Origin: Antedon mediterranea
Lineage: Eukaryota > Animalia > Echinodermata
Assembly (NCBI RefSeq): GCF_964355755.1
Contig: NC_092673.1
Location: 4,774,001 to 4,838,000, forward strand
DNA length: 64,000 bases
Direction: 5' to 3'
This document shows, piece after piece, positions 24,801 through 37,600 of this stretch (positions within the stretch are counted from its first letter, which is position 1; each line of letters begins with the position of its first letter). A model generated the notes under the pieces. The model saw only the letters and a program-made list of their open reading frames with translations, made no database searches and was not told where the DNA came from. The translations under genes were made by a program, and so were the position numbers.

Positions 24801-27800
24801 GACGTAACGCAACGTAAGTAATTTGACCAATCACAAGTGATGGATTATTCGAACAGTGGCTTGTCATTGGTCATCAAGCTTGCTTTGAGTATACGTCCTT
24901 GCGTCGCGTCTCTAGTGGGAACCATGCTTTATTAGGGGCTCTAATCTATCATTACTTTAAACCAATTAATACTTTCCTCTCACATATTATTGATATTTAA
25001 AGCTCTGTCCACACTATCACATTAGTTTGACGACAAAAAAAAGTGTAATGTGCCCAAATACAGTACAGTAGTGATATGACATCATCATGTCCATATATAG
25101 GCACATTTTTTTTCACATTTAAGTTTGATAGTGTAGACAGAGTTTAAGTTTGTATTTATTTTTTCTAGAATGGTATTGCTTGTCCATTGTGCAATGTTCT
25201 CTTTCATCCAGACATGATTTTACGACATGCATCAGAATGTAATGGTCCTGTAGAAGAAGGTAAATAAATAAGACAAATTTAAAATCAACTAAAGCAGAGT
25301 TACTGATAAACATTTTTATTAAATTGATATTTAAAGTGATATTTACAATAATTTTAACTGTATTTGAATTATGATTTTAAATACTTTAGAAACTACAAAT
25401 AAAGAGACTGAGCCTATTGAAATAACAGAAGTGTTAAATTCTGAAGATGATAACTCGACTGGCAGCCAAATGGAGCATGACCATACAGGTGGTTGGGTGT
25501 TCAGGTACGGTAGTTTTAAAGGTAGACACTAACTTATTGTAGCTATGGGTAATAGGTGCAGTAGCTACAGAAACCAAGAATATGGTTTTGTATCATAATG
25601 TATGATCACAAAAAATATATGGTATGCCGGAATTTGATTATTTGTTGACACATGAATTAGGACGATGACTTTCGTTTTGTAAGCTTCATACATATTTTCT
25701 TTGTAGCCTACCACATGTCAAAAAGTCTATATAGTACACTGTTGATTCATCAGTTGCCTCTTTTATTTGTACAAAACAAAAAACCCTGAACAGCTCATAT
25801 ACTTTATTAATTTTGAAACATCTCGCTACGGCCCTGTCATAAATTCTTATTGCCACATGTTTTCTTCAATTGTTACTATCACCACAACACTGATTTTCGA
25901 TTTTCTTTTTAATTCCTTTTACAGTGAAGCAGTAACAACTCCAGTAGCCAAATATGGTAGCAAAAAGAAGACAATATTTAAACCTGCTGAAGAAGGTATG
26001 TAATTGTCCACCTGCTTATTAAATACATAATTGATTCAAATAAACATAATGTTTTAAAATAAATTAAATCATTTTAATATGTTTTTTTATTTCACAGGAG
26101 ATGTATATAGAATCTCTAGTAGTAGTGATGAAGATATATTACCATCAAGAAGGTAAATATTATATTTTGTAATGTTATAGTATGAAGCCTTTTCTACACT
26201 ATCACACTTTGACAAAAAAATGTAATGTGCCCATATATGGACATGATGTCATAACACGGGAATATCACTACCATATTTGGGCACATCACACTTTTTTTTG
26301 TCAAACTAGTTTGATAGTGTAGACAGAGCTTTAGACACGTTTAACTACCATATTTGGGAATATCACTACCATATTTGGGAATATCACTACCATATTTGGG
26401 AATATCACTACCATATTTGGGCACAGTATGAGTAGTTGAATGATGAGAAATACTGTACAGTAGGACAGCCTGATTCTGTCTTCCAATGAATAAAAATATA
26501 CTCCCCATTCAATAAATACAAAAGTGTTATTACAGTGTATCTTTACTAGCACACCTACATTTCCAACGTAAACTTTGTTCAATTAATCCTCTGCTTCCAT
26601 CTTGAATGTCAAAGGTTAGACGAGAGACTAACTAAAAACTGTAGCGCTTGGTTTTTGGTTGTCGAGTAGGACAGTTATTAACCAGCCATGCGTTGCATAA
26701 AATTCTAAAAGATGTTTACAAAAAAACCATAGAACCATTCAATAGAGCGTGGTATGAAATTAACCAATCAAATTGCAAGGATAAACTCAAGTGAAGTTTA
26801 CTATTACAGTCCTATTAACTGGAATGAACAATCACAATTTATGATCAGTTTTTAGAAAAATACCAGCACACCAATGAACTTTACAAGTATGATAGATAAA
26901 ATTTTATGAGAGCAAGACAAATTGTAATATAAACCTTAACTTCAATCAGGTTTTATTGCAAATTTAATTTTTATTGGCATTGAATCATACTCTTGTAAAG
27001 GGGGCACCTTTAGAATCCAATAATCTTAATGTTGAGAACAAACAGAATGATAAACTCAAAGAAATTCTATTAAAGTAACACTTACAATTCATACAACAGC
27101 CGCAATAAAATCAATATTTATATCTTTTTTAAAAACACTTTTGTAGAACATCGCACGACAACATCAGCAGTGGTCCAGACCATATTGATCAAGTTGTGTC
27201 TGATATGGTTGGTAGAAAACAGATGTCAATAAGTGTGCCAAAAGCAACTAAAAGACAAAGAACTAAACAACAATCAAAGAACAGGTAACCAGTAGACATT
27301 CATACTTCAATGTGCCCTAAAAGCTGACCAGATTGTTCAGTAATTTAGGCAAATTACCAAGGATACAAAGTCATTTCATTCGCTGTCCTCAACAGTGGTA
27401 ACCCTTTTCGCAAGATGATCTACACAAAGTCATAAACGTTTTGGAAGTGGAGTTATATTTTAATTAAAGACAATCTTGGCATCTTACAGGATTTAAAACC
27501 AAGACCCTGGGATTGGTAACCAACCATCTTCATTCAACCAACAAACCAACTACAACTCAATTCAGTGTCTAGGATTGCTAAACAACTCTCTAGTTATTCC
27601 TTATGCACCAGGGGACATTGGGTACAGTAAATACACTCAGTGGCATACCGCAGAGGCATGGTTTAGGAACCCTAGGTGGCACTCCAAGGCTTGAGGCAGG
27701 GCTTTTTTACCTTTTTTCGACATATTGTAATGCCTCTTTTTCCTCTGGGCACTGCCCCATAAGCTCCGGAGCCACTGGGTTTAGCCAGTGAGCGCTCATA

Positions 27801-28868
27801 GCTCATAGCAGTTACACCACTGTATACACTGTCTGTGGTACATATTTTTGCGGTAGTGTCTGAATAATCTATTTCTCACCACATAGGGTCAAAGAAGAAG
27901 CCATGGAAACTTGTTTTATGTGCAAGAAGCTTGTACCAAAATCTGAGTACCCTGAACATGTGAACGCAGAACTTGAAAAGCAGAACATGGAAGAAAGCTT
28001 ACACGTTGAAAGTCAGCAACCGTCTACTTCTATAGGTGAAAGGTATTATGTTTACAGTATGACACAGTTCTGTAGATAAGTTAATTAGTTATTGTCATGA
28101 CCATAAACATAGGTGAACATGAATACGCCACACAATGTTATACAGTACATAAAAGTACCACACATACCTACTGTAACTTTAGACACTAAAGCTCTGTCTA
28201 TAAAACTTTATGTGACAAAAAAATGTGATGTGTCCATATATGGACATGATAATGTCATATCACTACCATATTTAGGTATATCACCATATTTGTGTACATC
28301 ACACATTTTTTGTCAAACTAGTTTGATAGTGTAGACAGAGTGCACTAGCACCCTAAGCTAGGGGCTTGTGGTATTATTAAGTGGTGTTTAGGGGCAGGAA
28401 ATTTTTTTTTTTTTCATTTTTTAAAATGACTGATATATTTCTTCATGAAGGGTAAGAAAAACTGCTAAAAGAAATACAAGAAAAAAAGAAAAAATAGAAG
28501 ACGACGAAGAAAAGGAAGAGGGTGATCTTGACGATCTCATCGCGTTCAGTCACAAAAAAACACAGGAGGACGACGGGGATTATGATGTTGAAGATGATGT
28601 TGAAATAGATGAATACAGCGACAACGAGGATACGCCAACGGGTGGAGAATTCGACGTTAGCGATTCTCCGATCAAAGCTTTCCGTAACATAAAAAACATG
28701 CCTTCTGGTTTCATAGACTATAACAATCAGTTTAATAACAAACCAAAGAGGGGAGGGCAGGTTAATGAAAAATCATATTTCCCGACGACATCAAAACCAC
28801 AGTCTAGAGGTCGGAGGAAAAGAGGTGGAAGAGGGAGAGGCGGTGGACGCTTCCGCAAGAAAAAATAA
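18818..28868 (+). CDS. UIMC1: BRCA1-A complex subunit RAP80 orthologue, ~1021 aa
   Basis: Exons 18818-18902, 19927-19970, 20209-20307, 21098-21595, 22192-22241, 22646-22837, 23333-23336 (microexon), 23645-24694, 25169-25259, 25390-25504, 25925-25995, 26098-26152, 27147-27284, 27887-28042, 28451-28868; total 3066 nt, in frame. UIM EEEDQIKQAIALSIL; Abraxas-interacting-region-like PDNANANDYTSIILTMLNKQLQIFRSAQRELSKFAAMGSPV; UBZ fingers CPLCNVLFHPDMILRHASECNG and CFMCKKLVPKSEYPEHVNAE; C-terminal DSPIKAF...IDYNNQF...GRGR..RFRKKK matching the vertebrate RAP80 tail as I recall it. Confidence 0.88.
18957..19582. mobile_element. Kolobok-type non-autonomous DNA transposon, 626 bp (copy 2), in a RAP80 intron
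   Basis: TTAA TSD and the same termini. About five substitutions relative to 7473-8098 by eye. Confidence 0.85.
20601..20815. mobile_element. MITE family B carrying a nested 29-bp palindromic insertion
   Basis: Matches 15419-15597 except for an extra 36 bp at 20659-20694. Confidence 0.85.
21155..21360 (+). repeat. 99-bp (33-aa) coding tandem duplication inside a RAP80 exon
   Basis: D(S/A)QVSDGFGDNADEVGNVDKH(E/K)QG occurs twice with period 99. Confidence 0.9.
21680..21838 (-). mobile_element. tRNA-derived SINE
   Basis: Minus strand: A-box TGGCTTGGTGG and B-box GGTTCAAGTCC. Body shared with 33470-33640 and more weakly with 27360-27525. Confidence 0.7.
21880..22115 (+). mobile_element. LINE (L2/CR1-like) 3' end
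   Basis: Ends AGCGCTTAGAGG...TGCGCTGTGTAAATC...(ATT)n, the usual stem-loop plus microsatellite tail. Confidence 0.5.
23333..23336 (+). CDS. UIMC1: 4-nt microexon (ACCA) of RAP80
   Basis: Long pyrimidine tract ...aatag|ACCA|gtaagt. Converts the phase-2 donor at 22837 to the phase-0 acceptor at 23645. Confidence 0.72.
24770..24928. mobile_element. MITE family B nested in a Tc1/pogo-type fragment (CAGTAGAACC...GGGGACAC from 24720)
   Basis: Both TIRs present. Intronic, and the source of the spurious end of ORF 23591-24802. Confidence 0.8.
25001..25144. mobile_element. MITE family A
   Basis: TIRs with TAA/TAA flanks. Confidence 0.85.
26186..26424. mobile_element. MITE family A plus adjacent 21-bp tandem array derived from its internal TCACTACCATATTTGGGAATA unit
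   Basis: MITE at 26186-26330; four 21-bp units at 26345-26424. Confidence 0.8.
27638..27822. mobile_element. hAT-type MITE
   Basis: CAGTGGCATA...TTACACCACTG termini, 8-bp TSD (A/T)ATACACT. Confidence 0.75.
28190..28341. mobile_element. MITE family A
   Basis: TIRs and internal core. Confidence 0.85.
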
Positions 28869-29427
28869 ATGATGCTTTTTATATGGTACTGTTTTTCCTT
28901 ACTGTATCACATGAAACAGTGAAAAGGTTTACATAGAAAAGTCTGCCTGTGGAATCTGAACATGCCTTTTTTTGCTTTTAGGATTTTTTTTATTGAAACC
29001 CTACTAGGAAATGGTATAAATACACATTACTTTTAAAAATATAAAAAATTTAGATGCAATCAATTAGTTTACATTGCAGTATTATGTTGATTATGATAAT
29101 GTGTTAAAACATGTATGATGGTGCTATCCCCTACATGATATGATTGTCATGGTCTGTTATTGTCCATGGGTGCTTGACCGACTTTTCTTATCTCCATTTA
29201 TGTTATCTCTGATAAATTGGACAAAAAATACATAAAGTAATATGTAAAACAGAAGATCAGGATGATGATTAAGCAAAATAACGATGATTAAAAACGCAGA
29301 GAACATTTTAAATTTTAATTGGGTCTATACGATCGAATTGATTATGTCATCTTAGGAAAAATTAAAAGGAAAAATTTCTAAATTCATATAAACTAGTTTT
29401 TAAAATTGTGTTAAAAAGTCTTTGTTA

Positions 29428-29612
29428 AGCTCTTGTCTACACTATCGAACTTTATGTGACAACAAATGTTTGTGCCCATATATAGACATGATGATGTCAT
29501 CACTACCATATTTGGGCACATCACTACCATATTTGGGCACATCACTACCATATTTGGGCATATCACTACCATTGGGACCATCACAAACTAGTTTGATAGT
29601 GTAGACAGACCT
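29428..29612. mobile_element. MITE family A with internally expanded 21-bp unit
   Basis: TIRs, TTA/TTA flanks, TCACTACCATATTTGGGCACA x3-4. Confidence 0.85.
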
Positions 29613-30940
29613 TTAAACTTGTTCAATTATTAAAATGTTTATAAATTACAAATAAATTTATATTGTAACAAAAGACGAAAGGATGTTTTAGTATGCGTAT
29701 TTTGAAGACGTCGAATTGATATACCGTAATACAGTACCTTCAATTTTTTATTAACCTGTTGTCAGTACGGGTCGCCCTCTCGATGTCGTATTGAATATTG
29801 TGACGTCACACATTAATAGTATTTCGTATTTCAAGAGTTAGCCGGTCAAACGCATCGATGCAGTATGCAAGTTACGCCTGCCATGATCACTTGAATATAC
29901 GCGACCTTAATCATACCTATTGATAATATGAATGGGCTTTCACATTTACCGTCTTTGATTTGGAAATCTGGTAAGTAGACATCTGTGTACTGAACTAATT
30001 TTAATTAAATATAGCTCGACCAATTCGATCACTTTATAGACGCGCGCGTGTAATGTGTATGCCTATACTTTATTGATATAATTAAATCGTAGACTTATTT
30101 AATAATAAAAGTTTTAATTCTAGTCAAAATAAAGCCAATCGCTGTGATCACAATCATCGTAATAATAATATACTTATTTATAAGTTATCCGAGGAGTATA
30201 AATTTACCGGGTTTCCATTTTAGATAAATCTCCTACATAGACCGTCCACTAAAAGTTCTGAATAATATCAATAATGTGCTAATTGTTTGTATTACTGTAT
30301 AGAGACTTTTACCCGAACATACCAGGATTGAAATTTGCTGTCAGCCTCGCCTTTTCCGCCTCATTTCAGCACGCTTTAGTTAAGCTTATGATGTAATACC
30401 AGCCAGTAAAAGTAAATTGTGTTCGATAAATGATCAATAACTAATATTATACGAATATGATTTATCAAGTACATCTTATATATCGCCTGGGACGGGACGA
30501 CGCTAGATAAAACATTATGTATACAACAATTTGGAAGTTTGGAAACGAGGCCTTGTTAAACATGGCCTATATACACTCTTTTAAATTAAGAAGAGTTTAT
30601 AGGCCTACTCTAATTTTCAGACATTTTCTAATTAATTTCGACTATTAAATTTCTATCCAATTAATCAAATTGGAAAAAAAATAATTGGTGAGAATGTCTG
30701 TGCTCTTACTACTACTGTACCTTGTTGGCAATTAAGCTACGTTTATTTAGGACATGTAATTATACGATTTGCCTTTTTATATTGCGTGGAATTGGAGTGG
30801 GGAGAGTGGGGGTGTTTGTGGTTAGATTAATAGTAGTGAACGGACTATATTTCATAATGAACTACAGGAAATACTATTTGTGATTGAGTAGGCCCTAATG
30901 ACGGTCTTATATAACGTATACTGAGTTAATATGTTATACA

Positions 30941-31230
30941 TCCCAAGGCAAATTACTGAAAAAAATGACAATGATGTGGGTATCAGTGGCTGGATGTCAA
31001 TGGTGATACAAAATAAAATAAGCACTGACAAAATGACAATGCTGTGGGTATCAGTGGCTGGATGTCAGTGGAGATACAAATAAAATAAGCAAAAAGCAAA
31101 ATCAACACGATAACAGCCAGAAAAAAATAGCTTTCGGGTTAGACTAGCTCTTCATCAGTGCGAAATCAAATAAAAACAAAACAGCGAGAAATAATAGCAC
31201 AGCTTTCGGGCAACACTACATGTCAGCGCA
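30941..31230 (-). mobile_element. Penelope-like terminal repeat, older copy with degenerate hammerhead
   Basis: Homologous to 16612-16782, with an internal duplication. CTGATGA...GAAAGCTA on the minus strand at ~31128-31160. Confidence 0.7.
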
Positions 31231-31798
31231 ATATACAATATACAATATCATCTATATAAAACTATGCAAACGTTGAATATTTACTATTTGCACGTTTTAA
31301 TATCGTCAAGAGAGACTGTACAAAAATAGAATATTAGAAAGTGCGTATTTGCTCGCTATTCACAAACGTATGTGTGTATATAAACCTGAGACACGTCACT
31401 AATGGGTAGAAGTATTTGCATTTACTGTTAAAGCATCAGAACAAACCAAATTGGACACAAACTACCTATTACAGTTCTATTTTGACATTTCGAGAAACAC
31501 TATTTTATTACGTGGTGAATTAGGCCTAATGTTCTGCAAAAGACATCACGGTAATGAAGCGAAATAAAGTCATATTTATAGCAAAGTAGTGACGATGGGT
31601 AAAAAGCAATATATTGAGAATCGTGTTGATTTAAGATATCGTAAACATACATCATCACAATATAATATTAGTGAATGACGGCAAGAATAATATGATTATT
31701 AGGTAACCAGACAGTGCTCATCAACATTGTAGGCCTATGTCTGCGAGAGTCGTGTTATATAGGTAGAGATGGTCTCAATTTGCATCATCAACATTTAA

Positions 31799-31930
31799 AG
31801 CTCTATCTATACTATCAAACTTTATGGGACAAAAAAATGTGATATGCCCATATATGGACATGATGATGGCATATCACTACCATATTTGTGCATATCACTT
31901 CCATATTTGGGCACATCACATTTTGTTGTA
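31799..31930. mobile_element. MITE family A, truncated
   Basis: One TIR plus internal core. Confidence 0.8.
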
Positions 31931-33123
31931 ACAAAAGAATAAAAAGGCGCACCAGTACAGATTTTATATAGACCTACACAAATTAATATCATTGTATTGA
32001 CGTCATATTAGACACTCAATACTAATTGTAAACTAAATTTGATTAATTTAATGGGTTGGTATTATTGTTAACAATTATCCCATTTAGTAAACCTAATTAC
32101 TAAGTCATCTGTGTGATTTCACTACAAAGCCCACGTTCACTATAAACACGCTACGATTGCAATAGGCCTATATGTAAAGATGGTACATTTCGTGCGCATG
32201 ATGCACATTCGCATTGCACACGTCACGCATCGGGTTTAGATTCGTCACGTCAAAACTCAAAATGTCCTATCCTATCCTACCTTTCTAAATTATCTCTCGA
32301 CTCAGATTTGAACCAATGACACTTGAAAGCAATGCTTACACTCAGTCTTCTCAAAAAACATATTCTAAATAAAGTTAGATAAGTATGTATATTTTATTTT
32401 TGTCAATTATTTAATATATTCCAAATTTTTTTATTCAGATTTTTAATTCTCATGTAATTTATTTTATTTATTGGCTTTTGTTTTCCTGTAACTTTACTGT
32501 TATTGTTGTATTTTGTGTATTGTATCTGTTCTGAGGGTCCCAAATAATCAGCAATTGCTGGATGGATCACCCTCATTAAATATGGTTCAAATAAAATAAA
32601 ATAAATAAGAATTGCTAAAGGCCCTGTTCTAAAAACTGTTTTAATGAACTTCTGGGGAGCAGCCTAATCAACTGAAGTGTTTTAATTTAACATTGCGTGA
32701 AGGTTCATTACTTCAGCTCAAACACTTGCAATAAAGACTATACAGTACGGTATTAAATTGTAATATTAAGTTATAGTAGGTATATTCTTTTCACTCAAAT
32801 TTAATCTAGCCAGCAACGCAATATCTCTGTTATTAGACTACTTGAATACCGGACCTTTCTAGTATTGATTGTACATGGCGTTCGTGTTTAGGGTTTCACT
32901 TGAGTTATGTCACTACAGTGCTTTACCTTTATTAATGAAAGTCCAATTATATCGCACAGCTATCTGTATAACGTTCACCACCTAAGTATGATGCATGCTG
33001 AGTGGGTGTAATGCATAATAATATAATGTGACTCTTGAATGTGCTTTCTGAACCAAACTTAGAGAGATCATTCAATTCAGTTATTGCTATAGAGCGGGCT
33101 ATAGAGTTTTGTTAGAACGTTTT

Positions 33124-33280
33124 AACGTTTGATAGTGTGGAAAGAGCTTAAAAGCTCTTTCCACACTATCAAACGTTGTGCGACAAAAACAATGTGTAGT
33201 GATGTGCCCATGGACACGGATGGTATCATAGCACTACCATATTTGGGTACATCACACATCATACTAGTTTGATAGTGTAG
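33124..33280. mobile_element. MITE family A with a fold-back duplication of its terminus
   Basis: 26-bp perfect inverted arms at 33124-33149 and 33152-33177, followed by the MITE body. Confidence 0.8.
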
Positions 33281-33469
33281 AGCCTTGGTCATTAATCGGA
33301 ATCACTTGAATTCATAATAAGCAACAAGACACAAAACAGCTGAAAGAGATTTTATCGAGATGAAATTGAGGAAGACATTTTCGAATATCAAGATGTTAGA
33401 TTTAACAATGGTGAGGATGACTCTTCCCCGATACCATGATTATAAGGATACCGTAATAATCATGATGAT

Positions 33470-33640
33470 GAGTGGAGTTGTGGCTTGGTGGTTATGATGC
33501 TTGGCTACCACTCCAAGGGTCCTGGGTTCCCGTCACATGTCAGGATTTTTTCTAAGGTCAAAATTACAACTCCACTCCCAAAGACTTAAAGAGCATCTTG
33601 TGTATATGTTTGTCTTGTGAACCTCTGAGGTTCCTAATGC
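33470..33640 (+). mobile_element. tRNA-derived SINE
   Basis: A-box TGGCTTGGTGG, partly deleted B-box GGTTCCC. Body matches the reverse complement of 21680-21838. Confidence 0.68.
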
Positions 33641-34691
33641 AGAAGAATCAGTACAGATTTTATAAACCTACAAAAATGAATATTTTAGTGAGATGGTATT
33701 AAAACAAATTGGGGAAGACATTTTCGAATATCAAGATATAGGCCTCAGAGAAACAGTTTGAATAATGCATTGTTTGTAAACACGGAGAGTTGTAACATTT
33801 TAATACTATGAATTAAGAACACAGTTTTATAGCTCATACAAATTCATGTTCACGATTTTCAGAAGAGATTAAAATGATAATTACGGATATTATGCGCCAT
33901 AAAAATGCAAAAACAACATAGTGTATATTACAGTTTTAATAGTTTTGATCAGGACCAACCGAAAGAATATCATAATTATGTCGGCCTAATGATGTAAACA
34001 GAACAATTTTGTTAATTATTCTTTGTTTGAAGCAAATTAGTGAAGAATAAAAAATAGTTTATCGCAGAAGCATGGCAAATCACTCAAATCATTATTATTA
34101 CTTTAACCGTGTAAACAATGTAATGGAAGTATAATATACAAATATAGAGGAACCAAAATATACGCCCTATTCGTACGGTTCTCAGAATATTTTTTTCTAA
34201 ACCTGCGCGATGAAATGACCACTAAGATATCATGATTAGTACCTGTACCAATATGTCGGATGTCCTGTTGAAGGAAAGTGAAAGGAAAGTAAGACCGCCA
34301 GAAGACCAAAAGAAACTGGATAGACCAAATAAAAAAAATATTGAAAAGGAAAAACATGTAGACTTTAGCACAGTAACAAACCATCCTTCCCAAAACAGAC
34401 AAATATGGACAAAATCGTGGAAAGCGTAATGTCGCAATGGCGGAAAACGTTCAAGACATTTTGTGAACAAACTTTGACTGCTCGTCATTACCGTAGCATA
34501 GACCGTTGTATAGACAGGTTTTTACTGTAAGAATTACTGTAGGCCAATTTTATTGATGGTATTTTTACCCTGTAATATTATTATTACGGCACCAATAGCT
34601 CATTAATACTCCAGTAATACATGCAAAGTAATCATAATAACTATTATCTTAAATAGTATGTATTAATATTGCAGGTTACAAAGGTTACTAA

Positions 34692-37600
34692 ATGCTGATG
34701 GCAATGACGGCCTCAGTAACCCGGATGCTGAATAATCAAGTACGGGTTGTCAGCTACATGGCTCTTGTATACCTACTAGCATCGTATGTAAATTGTCTTC
34801 CCACATCTCTACGTCCAGCGACAGGCAAGTTATAACAATCAACATGTGTATTAATTTTTTTTAATATAGCATGATGATTCTTATGGTTAATATATAGATA
34901 ATGTTTGTTCAATTTTGTTAGGGTCATGTTTTAAGCAATTGTGCTTATTTTGTATCCTATTTCAATATCATTTTTATTGTATTTGTATATGTTTTTATTT
35001 TGATTTTGGAATAAAAATGTCGATGATTGATGTATTACTTTATTGATTGATAAACGATGTACCTCGACTCTTTATCCGAATGCAAGATAACTATGGAATG
35101 TTGTGTTTTTCGTTGACATACACTTTATTTTTGTACTATAGAAAAACCTAAAATTAGTTACAGTTTATATAGCCTAGTATGATAATAATGTAATATATTA
35201 AGGCCCCAGTTATGGTCACCATGCATTAATTTTCTCTCTCATGTCGGGGATCATATTACATATTACAATCACAGCATATATCGTAAATGCATTTCATATT
35301 CCATGCAGAGATTAATATTGAAAACAAATATTGTAATTCTCAATCATGTTTATCGTTTACTTTCAATAGAGGATGAAGCCGGATCATCACCGGATTATAC
35401 ACCAGTCTATGGCACCACTGAATATCAGGTAAATTTGTAAGCCTAACATTACGAATAAAGATCAATTTTAAATCGGAGATCCTATTGATTGAAATAGCTT
35501 GTTTTGCTTACACAGGTAATACGTTGCTGTTTACATTTTTACTCTATAGTTCACTATGTCGGTCGGTCGGTCTGTCGGTCTGTCTGTCGGTCCGGTATCA
35601 CTATGCGTTTTAGCACGCGACTTATGGCTGTTGGCCTTGTTAAGTTTCACTGTGTATTGCGACGCGACGTTCATGTCAGGGATCCAGCATATAGGAGCTA
35701 AATATTTCAAAATTGATAAATACGATCCGTTGGGTTGCAGAAAAATAAAAATTTATTTTATATTTTTTAATAAGGAGAAGGGGACGGGCCTAAATCCGCG
35801 CCTGCATGTTCGAGGTGCATATTATAAATACGGTGCTTATTTTAAAGAATGCATTTGAAAGAAGGCCTAGGATAAAAAAGGCCTAGGATCAGAGGATGAA
35901 TATATTATGATTTGATCTATAATACATAACCCTATTTTCGGGATCCAGCAAAGTGTCTCCTTAATAGGGGTATCCCAAATGAGTGGTTCATCTGTAACAA
36001 AATCATTTAACAGTTTTCTGTCCAATCATAGAGATATTAGTGAATTATAATTGCATAATGGTCCCGATCTAGGAGAAAGTTTGATCTCTCAATCATCAAC
36101 TAACAGCCTGCCTGTTAATAAGAAGCTTTTTATCCTACTTAGCATGCCTAAGGTAACATGTATTAGTACAGCTTTGAGCGAACCAGCCACTTAGTATTGA
36201 CAACATGTCAATCCGATATTTTTGTATCACGAATTTGTTTTGTTTGCAAATAATGATGTTCGGCGCAATTGAATCGATATTTCCCGCGATCCATTTACAA
36301 TTGAGTGGCCACACATGTTGCCAACATAGGCCTACATTTAACCAATATACCACATGAACACATGTGCACTTTAAATATTTACCTTTAGCCTATAATCCAA
36401 AGTATAGTTTGTCGTGGTTGTCGACGATTTACACGGCAGTATGTTCCTTAATTAGAATCTCTAGGCCTACTGATTCTTCACTGGTAAGCTAGGCCTACCG
36501 ATACACATTGTGTGCAGTTTACGCACCTGAGTAATATGTTAATTATCATCGCCACCGTTAAACAACATTCCTAAGCCTAATTATTGCAACCAATGTCGTT
36601 TACATTAGCAGAATTAGTGTAAAAGCGTTAATACTTTATCCACTTTAAAAATGTTACCACTGAAATGTAAGCTGAATCAGACGGTAACAAAATGGAAATT
36701 GTACATTAGAGCAGATAATTCAGAAGTAACGGCATCTCATTTTACCAATACGTGTGACGTAATTGTAGTATGAATCGTGCGTAGGCCTACTACTATAATC
36801 ATACTAGAAAACAATCGTTATCGTAAATTTGAACAGAACACGAGTTTTGTCGTAACTATAGCCATCAATTTATTGGTAAATTAAAGTGTGAAACCAATTT
36901 TTTTAAAGTAATATACCTTTTAAATTAACGTTATATTAATATATCGACAAAATGACAATCAAGAGCTGGAATATGTTAATTATTTATTAATTATGGGTAA
37001 TTTCCATACTATTTTTACGTTTTATTAATGAGTTATCTTGCCAGTGCAATGAATAAATTGTTGAATTTGATTTGAATATTTAGACCTGCGATCAGACATG
37101 TTTAGATATTTGCAATATTTATGTTAATCTTTTTTTTAGTAGATATGTGCAACTGTTTAGCTAGACGTTTCTAGTCAAATCCTTTGCCGGTGTGCATTAA
37201 AAAAAAATAATAATGCACGGCAGGAAAAAAAAAATATCGTAATAGGCAGGAAGTTAACTAATAATCGTGCGGCTTTGGAGCGTGTCATAGTTTAATTACT
37301 AACTCATCTATCAACGTAAATTTATTTCTGAGATTCGTCTGCCAACAAGAAATGACAACAAACACCCACGCCGACTTATACACCGCCGTCTCTACATCAA
37401 TATAACTCATTATTTAACACATATTTATATAAATATATATTACAAAAAATACTGATAACTAGTACGCCATGCATGGTGACGTCAACATCATACAGCTGCC
37501 GTGAAAATGACTAAAATGCAAACTAAAGCTGGTTCCCACTAGGACGCAACGCAGGAACGTAAGCCACAACACACGCGATCGAATTGATCAATCAAAAGCG

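Noticed and set aside
24695-24802. C-terminal part of ORF 23591-24802 (VRNE...SLVPTSDATQ)
   Set aside because: Read-through past the AAG|GTTAGA donor into Tc1/pogo and MITE B sequence. The N-terminal 18 codons (23591-23644) are also intronic.
33363-33737. 32-bp direct repeats (33363-33394 and 33706-33737) as the SINE's TSD
   Set aside because: They do not abut the SINE ends. An older local duplication is more likely.
34405-34517. DEG/ENaC N-terminus (FKTFCEQT...)
   Set aside because: It lacks the HG motif and TM1, and no downstream channel exons were found.
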